The notes below the pieces were generated by a model. That model saw only the letters and a list, made by a program, of their open reading frames with translations. It did not search any database and was not told the DNA's origin. From positions 94,550,001 to 94,614,000 of the forward strand of contig NC_091994.1 in the NCBI RefSeq assembly GCF_044704955.1: DNA of 64,000 nucleotides, read 5' to 3'. Made by a program: the position numbers and the translations under genes. Shown in pieces: positions 25,724 through 36,577 of the stretch; position 1 is the first letter of the stretch; each line of letters opens with the position of its first letter. The DNA comes from Pristiophorus japonicus. Its lineage: Eukaryota.

Positions 25724-26319
25724 GGGCTGGACTTTTGGCTTTGCGGTTTACGGGGCAAAAATGAAGGCGGGGCGGGAATGTACTGCCCGATTAACGTTTG
25801 CGCTGTGTGGAGTAATTCTGGTCATCTGGGCCTGCGGGGTCGCAGTGCAAAGAGAGGCATTGTATGACATTCGCGGCACAAAAATGGGAACCTCGCCAAC
25901 TAAAGTGCGGGGCTGGGAGCGCTCCGAGAGAGGCCTTGGGAGGGGAAAGAAATCACAAAAACATTGCCCACACCCTTACAACTCAAATCGCTGCAAAAAA
26001 ATAAAAGAATAAAAACTGGAACGTACCTTTTTTGCAGTTTATCCACCTCATCGCCTCCGGCAGGGCTGGACTGCTGTGTTTTCCCCGGCGGTTATCGCGG
26101 GGCGTGTTTCGGGGCGTACAGGTCGGGTGCGAGTTGAAACTTCTGCCGGTGTCACAACGAGAGCTGTTGCACACCCGGCGCAGCGCCCCCTGGCGGTGCT
26201 GCTAAGCGCCGCCACAAAACCTGACTGGAGGATCGCGCCCAGACGCAAACGTCCTCACTGCTCCATTTTTCACCGTGGAGCATCAAAAACCGGAGCACAA
26301 ACTACCGAAAACCCAGCTT
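25724..26319. mobile_element. Harbinger-type MITE
   Basis: Imperfect TIRs GGGCTGGACTTTTGG ... CCGAAAACCCAGCT; CpG-rich, non-coding. Confidence 0.55.
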
Positions 26320-26424
26320 ATTCATCTGGAACCTGCCGATCAATCCAGCCCAGACTCATTGGATGAAAGCCTTGCATTTCTGCAACATACATGCCAACCT
26401 AGCCAAACCTGACCATACCTGACC

Positions 26425-26795
26425 AACAGCAACTATTTGTATTTATATAAGCACCTTTAATGCAGTAAAACGTCCCAAGGTGCTTCACAGGGAGCAATTA
26501 TCAAACAAAATTTGATACTGAGCTACATAAAGAGAAGTTAGGACAGGTTAGCAAAAGCTTGGTTAAAGAGGTAGATTTTAAGGAGCGTCTTAAAGGAGGA
26601 AAAAGAGGCAGCGAGGCGGAAAGCTTAGGGCCCAGGCAGCTGAAGGCACAGCCGCCAATGGGGGAGCAATTAAAATTTGCAGAATTGGAGGAGTGCAGAG
26701 ATCTCGGAGGGTTGTAGGGCTGGAGGAGGTTATGGAGATAGGGAGGGGCGAGGCCATGGAGAAATTTTAAAACCACAATGAGAATTTTAAAATTG
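26425..26795 (-). mobile_element. L2-clade LINE 3' end
   Basis: Minus ORF LHGLAPPYLHNLLQPYNPPRSLHSS...GGCAFSCLGPKL is typical of L2 ORF2 C-terminus; tail shared with Deu-SINEs (aggtgcttatataaatacaa). Confidence 0.8.
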
Positions 26796-27399
26796 ACACC
26801 TCAAAAATGGCCCTGACATTTCGAATAAAGTAGTTCCACAGGCTTCGTACATATTCCTTCACTTGTATTGGAGCGAAAAAAAGATAAATATATGAAAAGC
26901 TGAAGGGAAAATCAAAATGTTGAAAGCAAAAAATGAGTGATGAATTTGTGGAGTGGTTCAGGAGCATTTAGCCTGGAAAATGATGCTTCTTTTACTCCGC
27001 TAGTTCAAGCTGGTATACTCCCACCCCTAAAATTCATGTTGGCACTCTCCTTACTCATTTACCCCCAAAGTACCACGCTCAGTTTCTGTGCCCTTACTCT
27101 CTACTTCTTCATGACTGTCCATTTCCGCCTTCCTTCTACTGCCATCCATTTGCACCGTTTACTTGCCATCCAATGATGTTCCCTCCTCTGATATCGAGAC
27201 ACCTGTCAATCCCTGTCCTAGGCACAGAGGTCAGAGAGTGACCCCATCCAGTACATTAGCAGCCAGACTCAATTGGAGGTGGTGCTGGGGAGAGAGGGGC
27301 CAAGTTTGCACTGAGTGTTATCCAGGAAACATCGAGCAGGCCCTCAAAATGCTGTTAGTGTGAAACGGCAATTGTTGGTATATATGTTGGTGGCAGTAA

Positions 27400-27460
27400 A
27401 TACCCTGCATGAAATGAGTTGGGCTGTCTCAGCCTAGTTCCTTGAGGGCATGGACTTATA
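27400..27460 (+). mobile_element. LF-SINE-like core fragment
   Basis: cctgcatgaaatgagttgggctgtctcagcctagttccttgagggca resembles the remembered LF-SINE core (tgtgaaatgagttggtggtctcagtccagttcctagtggaca). Confidence 0.45.
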
Positions 27461-27548
27461 AATTCTGCATAGACTGGCATTAAATGATCAATTTTCACTC
27501 AAAGAGGTCACAGAATGGTGGAAATGTGGGAAGATGTCATACCGATGT

Positions 27549-28145
27549 AACATAGAAACATAGAAATTTACCGCGCAGAAGGAGGCCATTTCAGCCCATC
27601 GTGTCCTCGCCGGCTGACAAAGAGACGCACAGCCTTTGGTCAGCAGCCCTAAAGGTTACATATAAACCTATGAACAATGACGGAAAGGCAAAGAGCACTC
27701 AGTCCGCCTCACAAAACGGCGACACCCCTTATACTGAAACATTCTACACTCTACCCCAACCGGAGCCATGTGATCTTCTGGGAGAGGCAAAAACCAGATT
27801 AAAACCCAGGCCAATTTAGGGAGAAAACACCTGGGAAAATTCCTCTCCGACCCATCCAGGCGATTGAAACTAGTCCAGATCACCTTGGCCTTATTCGATT
27901 CCATACAGTACTTACCATTATATCTGCGCCGGCCAACAAAAGGTCATCCAGTCTAATCCCAATTGCCAGCTCTAGGTCCGTAACCCTGTAGGTTACTGCA
28001 CTTTAAGTGCCCATCCACCATCAATTAAAAGTGATGAGGGTTTCTTCATCCGCCACTCTTCCAGGCAGCGATTTCTAGATCCCCACAACCCTCTGTGTAA
28101 AGAAGCCCCCCCTCAAATCCCCTCTAAACCTTCCACCAACCACCT
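27549..28145 (-). mobile_element. CR1 3' end with long 3'UTR
   Basis: (catagaaa)n tail, ggaggccatttcagcccatc, ORF2 end FRGDLRGGFFTQRVVGI. Confidence 0.8.
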
Positions 28146-28149
28146 GTAG

Positions 28150-28530
28150 TAGGAGAGCTTCACCCCACCGGAGAGCAGTTGATTGGACAATGTGTAGCTT
28201 AGTAATATACGAAAGGAAGGGCAAAGAACAACCATCGTGCTCATTAATGAGCCTCCTGAGCAGCAAAATGATGCGTTCATGCCCTCCCGAGTAACACAAA
28301 CTCCTCGAGGAGTCAAACAGAGAGAAAAAAAATGCGGCTAATTTCAGGAGAATTCTGGAACATTTCTCTCTGACTCCTTAAGGGAAACAAGCAACCTGAA
28401 GGAGACTGGGATGGATCACCGGATAATCCTATTTAACCCAAACCCCTCCACTCATTTCCCGCAGTGACCTCTTCACTCAGGAATTCATCAACTTCTTTCT
28501 TAAAAGAGTGTAGCGTACTCTCCGCATCGG
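28150..28530 (-). mobile_element. Older, diverged CR1-type 3'UTR relic
   Basis: Loose similarity to 27680-28070 (ggaacatttctctctgactcc, ggatcacc, ttctttcttaaaagag). Confidence 0.35.
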
Positions 28531-29003
28531 TCTATAAGGCGATCACTGTGCCTGATGCGAGCTATACCCACAGTGTGTACTATTATACTAGTAAAATCTT
28601 GTGCCATTTCTCACAGCTTCACTGTTTTATATAGATAGGAATATTATACTATGTAATACACAATTTATTATTGTGCTGCTGAGGTGCTAAACTGACCTGT
28701 CCCTTTAAGGCCACAGAGTCTAAGGGTGGTAAATAGGCACATCCTGAGCTCAATTCATCATCATAGGCAGTCCCTCGAAGAGCTCAACACCCTCCCGGAT
28801 GCACTTTCTCCACCTCGGGCGGTCTTCGGCCAGGGTCTCCCAGGTGTCAGTGGTGATGTTGCACTTTACCAGGGAGGCTTTGAGGGTGTCCTTATAATGT
28901 TTCCGCTGTCCTCCTTTGGCTCATTTACCACGAAGGAGCTCTGCATAAAGCATTTATTTAGGGAATCTCGTATCTGGCATGTGAACTATGTGGCCTGCCC
29001 ATC

Positions 29004-29706
29004 TGTGGAAATGTATTTTTATCTAAGCTGATACCATGCGGTATTTTTGTGCCCTTTGCATTATATAACAAAATGGAGTCCTGGTCCTTCCAGAAATTTC
29101 TGCATAAAGCAGTTGGTTTGCATAAACAGCTAAACCTGGCTTGAAATGGCTGATAGCCACCAGACAGCTAGGAGGCAAGTCCTGCTGAAGACAAGTACCC
29201 CCCCCCCCCCCCCATGGTGCTCTCCTATTGTCTATACTACACCAGTTCCACTCCACCCCACTCTTTTCGAAGTACTCTAACCACCAGCCATTATCTCTTG
29301 TAGAGACCTCATCCATTTGATGCAAAAAGATAACTGACTAGGAAACTGGACAATCCTGACACAATGCAAGGCAGGTAATAGCTCATTACCACACTCTCAT
29401 CGAGTAATGGCCGGCTGGCCAACTAATAACCCTGACAAAAGGAAATATCTGGAAACCATGTCAGGACAAGGATGTAGTAATTAACTCTTTATCTGTATTC
29501 ACTGACTGCGAGACAGAGCCAATACACAGGGAGAGGCCAGAACTTGGGTTTTATTGTATAAATATCTCGTGAAATTGTACCATTGCGGAGGTGTTCACTT
29601 AGCCATTGACTGAGTGTGACCTTTCCCTTGCTAGCAAGTAAATTAAAGAAACTTCTGCCGGAGCTGAAGGTGTCTGAGTCGTTTATCGGAGGTCGAGATT
29701 TCGACA
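29004..29706 (+). repeat. ERV 5' LTR
   Basis: TGTGGAAATG...ATTTCGACA; direct repeat of 35515-36203; TATAAA near 29557 and ATTAAA polyA signal near 29642. Confidence 0.95.
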
Positions 29707-29712
29707 GTTACT

Positions 29713-29730
29713 TGGAGGTTCCACCGAGAT
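29713..29730 (+). promoter_or_regulatory. Primer binding site, tRNA-Gln
   Basis: TGGAGGTTCCACCGAGAT is complementary to the 3' 18 nt of vertebrate tRNA-Gln (...ATCTCGGTGGAACCTCCA). Confidence 0.9.
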
Positions 29731-30006
29731 GCATACTCTCTGCCCTGTGAGTAAAACGGATACAGGCATAGTGCCTCTCCAGTGAAAGGCTTCAGTGGCC
29801 AAAACAAGGTGAGCCTGTTGCTCACAAGAGGTTTCTTCACTGTTGAATCGCATATGTAATCTGTTGTCCACAGGGGAGGTACTGCAATCAACGAGACGCG
29901 ACATTTAAAAGCTAAAGTTATTTTTTATGATCATTTCATTCTCAGCTTGCAAACAGAAGAGATCTGGTTCTGGAAATATCTCGAAACAGCCCGGGGAAGG
30001 TTTCAG

Positions 30007-30220
30007 GAGGTAAGGTAAAAACAGCGCTAGTCGATCGAAGGTTCTTATGTGATAAGATTAGGGAAAGAAAAGGTTTTTATGTGATAAGATTAGGGGGAAA
30101 AAAGCGCTAATCGATCGGAGGTTCTTATGTGATAAGAGTTAATTAGGAAACAGTTCTTATGTGATAAGAGTAGGAAAAAAAAAAGCGCAATCGATCGAAG
30201 GTTCTTATGTGATAAGAGTT
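30007..30220 (+). promoter_or_regulatory. ERV major splice donor followed by five hairpin repeats (putative packaging/dimerisation region)
   Basis: GAG|GTAAGG at 30009/30010; TCTTAT-GTG-ATAAGA at 30043, 30075 (1 mismatch), 30123, 30155, 30203. Confidence 0.6.
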
Positions 30221-30669
30221 AAGGTAATGGGACCATAAGTTATATAATTTTTATTAGGATAAGTTAAGGACTCAGTCTGTAGTGGTGTACAACGCAGACT
30301 GAGAATTGATTATTTGTTTAGATAGAGTTTAAGGTTATGATTTGTATACTCGCGTGAATATTGTTTGTCCTGGTTGTCCTTGTTATACTGTTGTGTGCAA
30401 TACCTTTGTGCGACATTGTAATTAGAGAAATGGGAGGAGTCATTCGGGAAAAATTGTGATTTGGAAAAACAAGGATTGATTAAGAGAAGAAACATTAACT
30501 GATTGATCAACTACAGTTGGTTCGTGCCAACATATCTCACACATCCAGACTGAGCCCGAATTAAGAGCCTTTTCAGGCCACATAACGCCCAGGAGAAGTG
30601 GGCGTAGAGAACTCGGTTGGCCGAAAGGATTGTGAGATCAGAAACTGTGGAAAATCTTAATCATCCAGA

Positions 30670-30970
30670 ATGGGTGCCGGAGCAAGTTAAAACATCACAA
30701 AAGGCACACCAGCCTATGTCATGCTCCAGAATTGTGGTCAGTCTTCAATTGACCAAAAAATAAATAAATGGGTAAAGTGGACTAAGGGTGAAAACAGGCC
30801 ATTTCCACCCGATGGTTCATTTAATTTAGAGAGAACAACATGTCTAGAGGAGTGTTTTATAAACAGAGATCCAGGTAGAAGTAAAAAAAAAGGAAAGTAA
30901 TAGAAAAGGCCTGGATTCCGATTCTTCAAGCCCATGTAAAATTAACAGAGGAAGTAAATCAATATGTAAA
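30670..30970 (+). pseudogene. gag: ERV gag matrix remnant
   Basis: MGAGAS(stop)NITKGTPAYVM...KWVKWTKGENRPFPPDGSFNL: myristoylation-type MGxxxS plus class I MA FPxxGSF motif; no capsid, NC or protease recognisable downstream. Confidence 0.75.
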
Positions 30971-31780
30971 AAAAAAAGAGAACCTGACAGTGACTTATGG
31001 ATTCAAAAAAAAATAAAGCTGGCCAACAGAAAAAAAAGCTTTATTGAATGAAGAGAGACTTTTGTGAATGTCTGTCTTTGAATGAGAGTGCTTCTGTGGG
31101 TTTTTTTTCTCTCATGTCTGGAAACCTGTTTGGAAAGGTTGTGGAACTGCCTGTTTGTTTTAGCTCCACCCACTTTTTCAAACAGAGTGAAGTTTTTCTT
31201 TTAACCCTTCATAGTGTTGTCCTGTATGTGGGAAGTTTAAAACATTTTAAGTTAGAAACGCAGGTGTGGATTTATTCGGATGAGAAGTTACGGAGCTAGG
31301 AAATGCACAAAGGATAGGTTTGTTGAGACATGGTCCCGGTGGTTTAAAAAAAAAGGAGAATTTATTTGTCACGCTCACTTACTTGTCGAAAGAAGACATG
31401 CAATCATTGATTATATTGGTATGAAAGACATAAATTTAATCTAGGAGTAAGATAAAGAACTGGGAAGGGAAGTTGTAATGCCTTTTTTTTAAAAAGCCTT
31501 TGTGGGTCTCTCGAGGCTGCAGGCTGGGGGAATACACTCCCATTGTCCTTGGTGTAAAATCTTGACGCGAAAGCTTCTAGCTCAGTAAGAGGATTTGTTT
31601 TTTTAGATAAAGAGTGGCAGTACAATAGTTGAATTGGGATTTTGAGATATTTCAGGTGATCTCCTTGATCAACATTTTGGGTGTATTGGAAAAATCTTGG
31701 GTTTGGAAGCCTTTTAATAAAATTATAAAACAAATACTTTACATTCTGTGATCTGTGAATCACTATAAGCATAAATGAGA

Positions 31781-34124
31781 AGTCCGTGTAACACACCAAT
31801 TCTTCTGGTTCAGAAGCCCAATAGTGACAAATGGAGGTTTGTCCAAGACCGACGAGCTGTGAATGAATCTACTATATTCTCACAATGCTTAAAGAAGGAT
31901 TTAGAATGAAGTATCCCGGAATGCTTTCCAGAATCTTAAACAGTCCCTCACTTCAGCACCAGCCTTGGGATTACCAGATTACACTAAGCTATTCAACATT
32001 TGTGCATCACAAGTCAGGTTTTGCACAACCTGTTTTGACTCAGTTACATGGGGACAGGCAGCGACCGGTAGCGTATTTCAGTACCCAACTAGACCCAGTG
32101 GCACGGGGACTACCAGGATGTCTTCCTTCGCTGGCAGCAGCTTATTATGCTATACAACAGGCTCAGACAATAACTCTAAATCATCATACCATTCTATACA
32201 TCCCACACTCTGTCGAGATTTGACTTACTAAATGTGCCACCCAACACCTAATTTCTGCAAGAACCACTAAGTATGAAGTTGAACTGTTATCAAATCCGAA
32301 CCTTGTCATTAAAAGATGTACTACCTTAAATCCAGCCACTCTACTCCCCACGGAAGAAGACGGCGAACCCCATTCATGTGAAATGGTATCCGAATTAGTG
32401 ACTAAACCACGTATCAATTTAACAGATGTACCAATGTGTAACCCTGATCTAGTGTACAATGTTGACGGATCAGCCCTATGAAATGATAAGGGCCAACCTA
32501 GAGCAGCTTATGCACTTGTAACCCAGTTTAATGTTGTCGAAACGGCCTCTCTTCCAGACTCCTTTTCAGCCCAACAAGCCGAATTGTTTGCGTTAACTCG
32601 AGTCTGTATTCTGGCTGAAGGACAAACAGTTAATATCTACACTGACTCCAGGTATGCTTTTGGGGTATTCCATGATTATGGACAAATTTGGAAGATTCGC
32701 AGGTACCTGACTTCTTCAGGAACCACTATCAAAAATGCAGAACAAGTGGAAAATCTCCTGCGAGCCATTCAATGCCCCTTGAAACTTGCCATTATCAAAT
32801 GCCAAGCACATACAGGCCAGTCGAATGAGGTGGCACTTGGGAATGCCAGAGCTGATAATGCAGCTATGTCAGCAGCTCTGTCAAAAGTGGGGATGCAGGT
32901 GTCATTGTTCCCACTAAGGAAAAATAATTGCTCAGACCCGCCACCCACTATTAATGACGTGCTGACCTTTCAGACACAGGCCAGTACGGAGGAGGTGGTG
33001 ACCTGGACGAAGGATCAATGTTATAAAAATCCAGAAGGAATATGGGTTCACCACGACGGCCGCGTGGTGGCGCCCAGATCCTTACTTCCATGGATTGCCC
33101 GATGTGTTCATACATTCACACATGCAGGCAAAGGGGGATGGCAGATTATATTTTGGCAACTTGGTATGCACCAGGTATTTCGGCAATTGCAAAACAAATC
33201 TGTGAAAATTGTGTTACCTGTCAGACAATGAATCCGGGTAACACGGAAAAAGTAGAATCTGCCTCCCACCCAAATCCAGTCGGGCCTTTTGTACATTTAC
33301 AAATGGATTTGATTGAATTACCTATGTGTATGGGATTCAAGTATGTATTAGTTATTGTAGATGTGTTCTCTAGATGGATTGAAGCCTTTCCATGTAAAAA
33401 GGCCGATGCCACTACTGTTGCTAAATGTTTGTTAAAAGAAATCGTACCGCGCTTCGGAATCCCTGCTAAGCTTTCTAGTGATAACGGGTCACATTTCACG
33501 GGAACTGTTGTAAGAGAAATGTGTAAAGCTTTACAGATTAATCAATGTTTTCATTGCAGTTATCATCCACAATCAGCTGGACTTGTTGAAAGATATAATG
33601 GAATGCTTAAAAATAAGCTGGCAAAACTATGCAATGACACTGGACTGAAATGGACAGAACTGCTGCCCTTAGCTTTGATGGTAATGCGATCTGCAACCAA
33701 CAGAACAACAGGCCTGTCGCCGCATGAGATAGTTATGGGACGTCCCCAATGACTACCTTTTACAGCACCATTTACTACAAAACAAATGGACATCCACAAA
33801 ATGGAGGAAAATATGTTGAATTATTGTATTGCACTAACCAAATGTATTTCCAGCTTTCATTCACAGGTAAAGGAAGCTCAAGTCAAGCCAGCGGAAGGGA
33901 AGTGTCATAACCTGGAGCCAGGGGAATTCGTTTACATCAAAATCTTTAAAAGAAAAAGCAGTCTACAGCCAAGATTTGAAGGACCATACCAGGTCTTGCT
34001 GGCGACTAATACTGCAATCAAGGTAAAGGAAAGACCAACATGGATCCATGCGTCCCATTGCAAACGGGCACCCGACCAGGAGGAAGGGAAGAAGGAACCA
34101 GAGGAACAGAAAAAGGAAGACTGA
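31781..34124 (+). pseudogene. pol: ERV pol remnant: fragmentary RT, tether, RNase H, integrase
   Basis: SPCNTPILLVQKP..WRFVQDRRAVN; SAPALGLPDYTK; VDGS, AQQAELFAL, IYTDSRYAF; HLQMDLIEL, SSDNGSHF, SAGLVERYNGMLK; GPYQVLL; several stops and frameshifts. Confidence 0.92.
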
Positions 34125-35485
34125 ATAAGGAACTGTATGGACTATGGGGACTGATGGTGCTGGGCTTGACAGGGTTTTACTTTGCATTATTGATTATACC
34201 AGGGGTACAGACACGCCACCGAAGGGAACTGCAAGTAAACGTATTTATGGCACTGAGTCATAAGTATGCTCAAGAAAGAAACTTATCGAGTTGTTGGATA
34301 TGTTCCCATGTACCTGTCCACTCCGAAGGGGGTATTCCCCTGAGATCTGTCCCCTTTAACGAATCAGAAATGGTAGAATGGTTGATAGTGCAAAATAGGA
34401 CAAACCTAACCAAGGTGTCAGAAACGAAGGAGCAAACAGAATGGAGGTCAGCAGGATATAAACTTACAGCCTTGCAGGGATGGTACCAGCCCAATTATAA
34501 TAATAACCATTAGCCTCCCTTCCTAAGCATTACTCCCAGAATAGGAAATCCTGAAGGTATAATGTGCCTTGTGAGTAATGAGACTAAAGGACCAGAAATG
34601 GGACGCAGCAAGTGTTCCCAAATAACCAAATGGGAAGCCACAACTAATCCCACTAATGGGAGAAAGATAGCAACCATTGGCTGGACAATGGTCCATAACA
34701 AAGCCCCAGGTGAAGGGTGGGAAGGTGAGACCACTTGAGTATGGATGGCGCGAAAGGACCCGGAGCTGACGTCCTATAATTGCACCTACTTAATTTGTGG
34801 CCATAAAGCCTACCCATGGTTACCAGCCAACTGGACAGGGTCCTGTTACTTAGGATATGTGGTACCCTTTATCAGATCAATAAAGACTCTAAGGGATGCC
34901 TATGGAAGTCATATTCAAGGTAATGGTGCCACCCTATGAAATAGCATCAACCGAATGGCAGTTACAGGAAGTGGCTAACTTAGTCGAATCAGTAGCCAAT
35001 GCAACTTCCCAAGCTTTGAAGGGGTGAATGATGAAATGGTAGCTATTCGAACAGTGGCTCTCCAAAATCGTATGGCCTTAGATTATCTCCTAGCCAAGGA
35101 AGGAGGGACATGCGCATTAATAGGTGGAGAATGCTGTACGTATATCCCGGATAAATCAGAAGAAATCGGCAGTCTAGCTGAATACATTAGGAAAAAGGTA
35201 ATAGAGTATAAACACACAGTTGGCCAGGATGGTATCACCTTGTGGGGTTGGGCATCGGGATGGTTGGGATCCCTAGGGAGATCTGTGGTATAGGGTTTGA
35301 TCATATTCCTGCTGATAGTCTTTGCCCTATATCTATTATTTGTCTTGGTTAAGTGTTGCTGTGCCAGGGTGGGAAAAAACATGTTACCTACCGAGGTCAC
35401 AGCTAGAGTTTTGGTAGCAACAACTCTGAAGGCTCTTGTGTGGAAATGGAAATAGAGAGACTGTACAAGACCAGAATGGATTAAG
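34125..35485 (+). pseudogene. env: ERV env, gamma-type, disrupted
   Basis: Signal-like hydrophobic stretch, CWIC, WLPANWTGSCYLG, ISD LQNRMALDYLL, CX6CC (CALIGGECC), hydrophobic TM near 35290-35360; in-frame stops. Confidence 0.92.
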
Positions 35486-35514
35486 TTGTCCTTGTGAAGG
35501 ACAAAATGGGGGAA

Positions 35515-36203
35515 TGTGGAAATGTATTTTTATCTAAGCTGATACCACACGGTATTTTTGTGCCCTTTGCATTATATAACAAAATGGAGTCCTGGTCCTT
35601 CCAGAAATTTCTGCATAAAGCAGTCGGCTTGCATAAACAGCTAAACCTGGCTTGAAATGGCTGATAGCCACCAGACAGCTAGAAGGCAAGTCCTGCTGAG
35701 ACAAGTACCCCCCCCCATGGTGCTCTCCTATTGTCTATACAACACCAGTTCCACTCCACCCCACCCTTTTCGAAGTACTCAAACCACCAGCCATTATCTC
35801 TTGTAGAGACCTCATCCATTTGATGCAAAAAGATAACTGACTAGGAAACTGGACCATCCTGACACAATGCAAGGCAGGTAATAGCTCATTACCACACTCT
35901 CATCGAGTAATGGCCGGCTGGCCAACTAATAACCCTGACAAAAGGAAATATCTGGAAACCATGTCAGGACAAGGATGTAGTAATTAACTCTTTATCTGTA
36001 TTCACTGACTGCGAGACAGAGCCAATACACAGGCCATAACTTAGATTTTACTGTATAAATATCTCGTGAAACTGTACCATTGCGGAGGTGTTCACTTAGC
36101 CATTGACTGAGTGTGACCTTTCCCTTGCTAGCAAGTAAATTAAAGAAACTTCTGCCGGAGCTGAAGGTGTCTGAGTCGTTTATCGGAGGTCGAGATTTCG
36201 ACA
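35515..36203 (+). repeat. ERV 3' LTR
   Basis: Direct repeat of 29004-29706, preceded by polypurine tract. Confidence 0.95.
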
Positions 36204-36577
36204 CAGCGAAGCTGATCGAGTGTGGTCAGTACTTCAATACTGGGGATGTTAGCCTGGTCGAGGACACTGATGTTGGTGCGCCTGTCCTCCCAGGGGATTT
36301 ACTGGATTTTGCGGAGACATTGTTGGTGATATATCTCCAGCGGCTTGAGGTGCCTTCTATACATCGTCCATGCCTCAGATCCATACAGGAGGGCGGGTAT
36401 TACTACAGCCCTGTAGACCATGAGCTTGGTGGTAGATTTGAGGGCCTGGTCTTCAAACACTCTTTTCCTCAGACGGCCGAAGGCTCCACTGACCTGTTCC
36501 TTTAAGGCCACAGGGTCTAAGGGTGGTAAATAGGCACATCCAGAGCTCAATTAAAGGGCAGCTGTTGCTGGTGATGG

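Larger units (their letters stand above)
29004..36203 (+). mobile_element. Endogenous retrovirus, class I (epsilon/gamma-like), defective provirus
   Basis: Two ~0.7-kb TG...CA LTRs, tRNA-Gln PBS, PPT aaaatgggggaa, gag MA remnant, RNaseH/integrase, gamma-type env; 4-bp TSD CATC/CAGC. Confidence 0.95.
28756..36487 (-). mobile_element. 5'-truncated RTE LINE split by the ERV; pieces 28756-29003 and 36204-36487
   Basis: catcatcataggcagtccctcgaa is the RTE 3' end. ORF 36299-36550 AFGRLRKRVF...VYRAVVIPALLYGSEAW. Flanked by a 65-bp direct repeat (28691-28755 / 36488-36552). Confidence 0.88.

Noticed and set aside
34040-35293. Exapted syncytin-like env
   Set aside because: Multiple stops and frameshifts and apparent loss of the SU/TM cleavage site.
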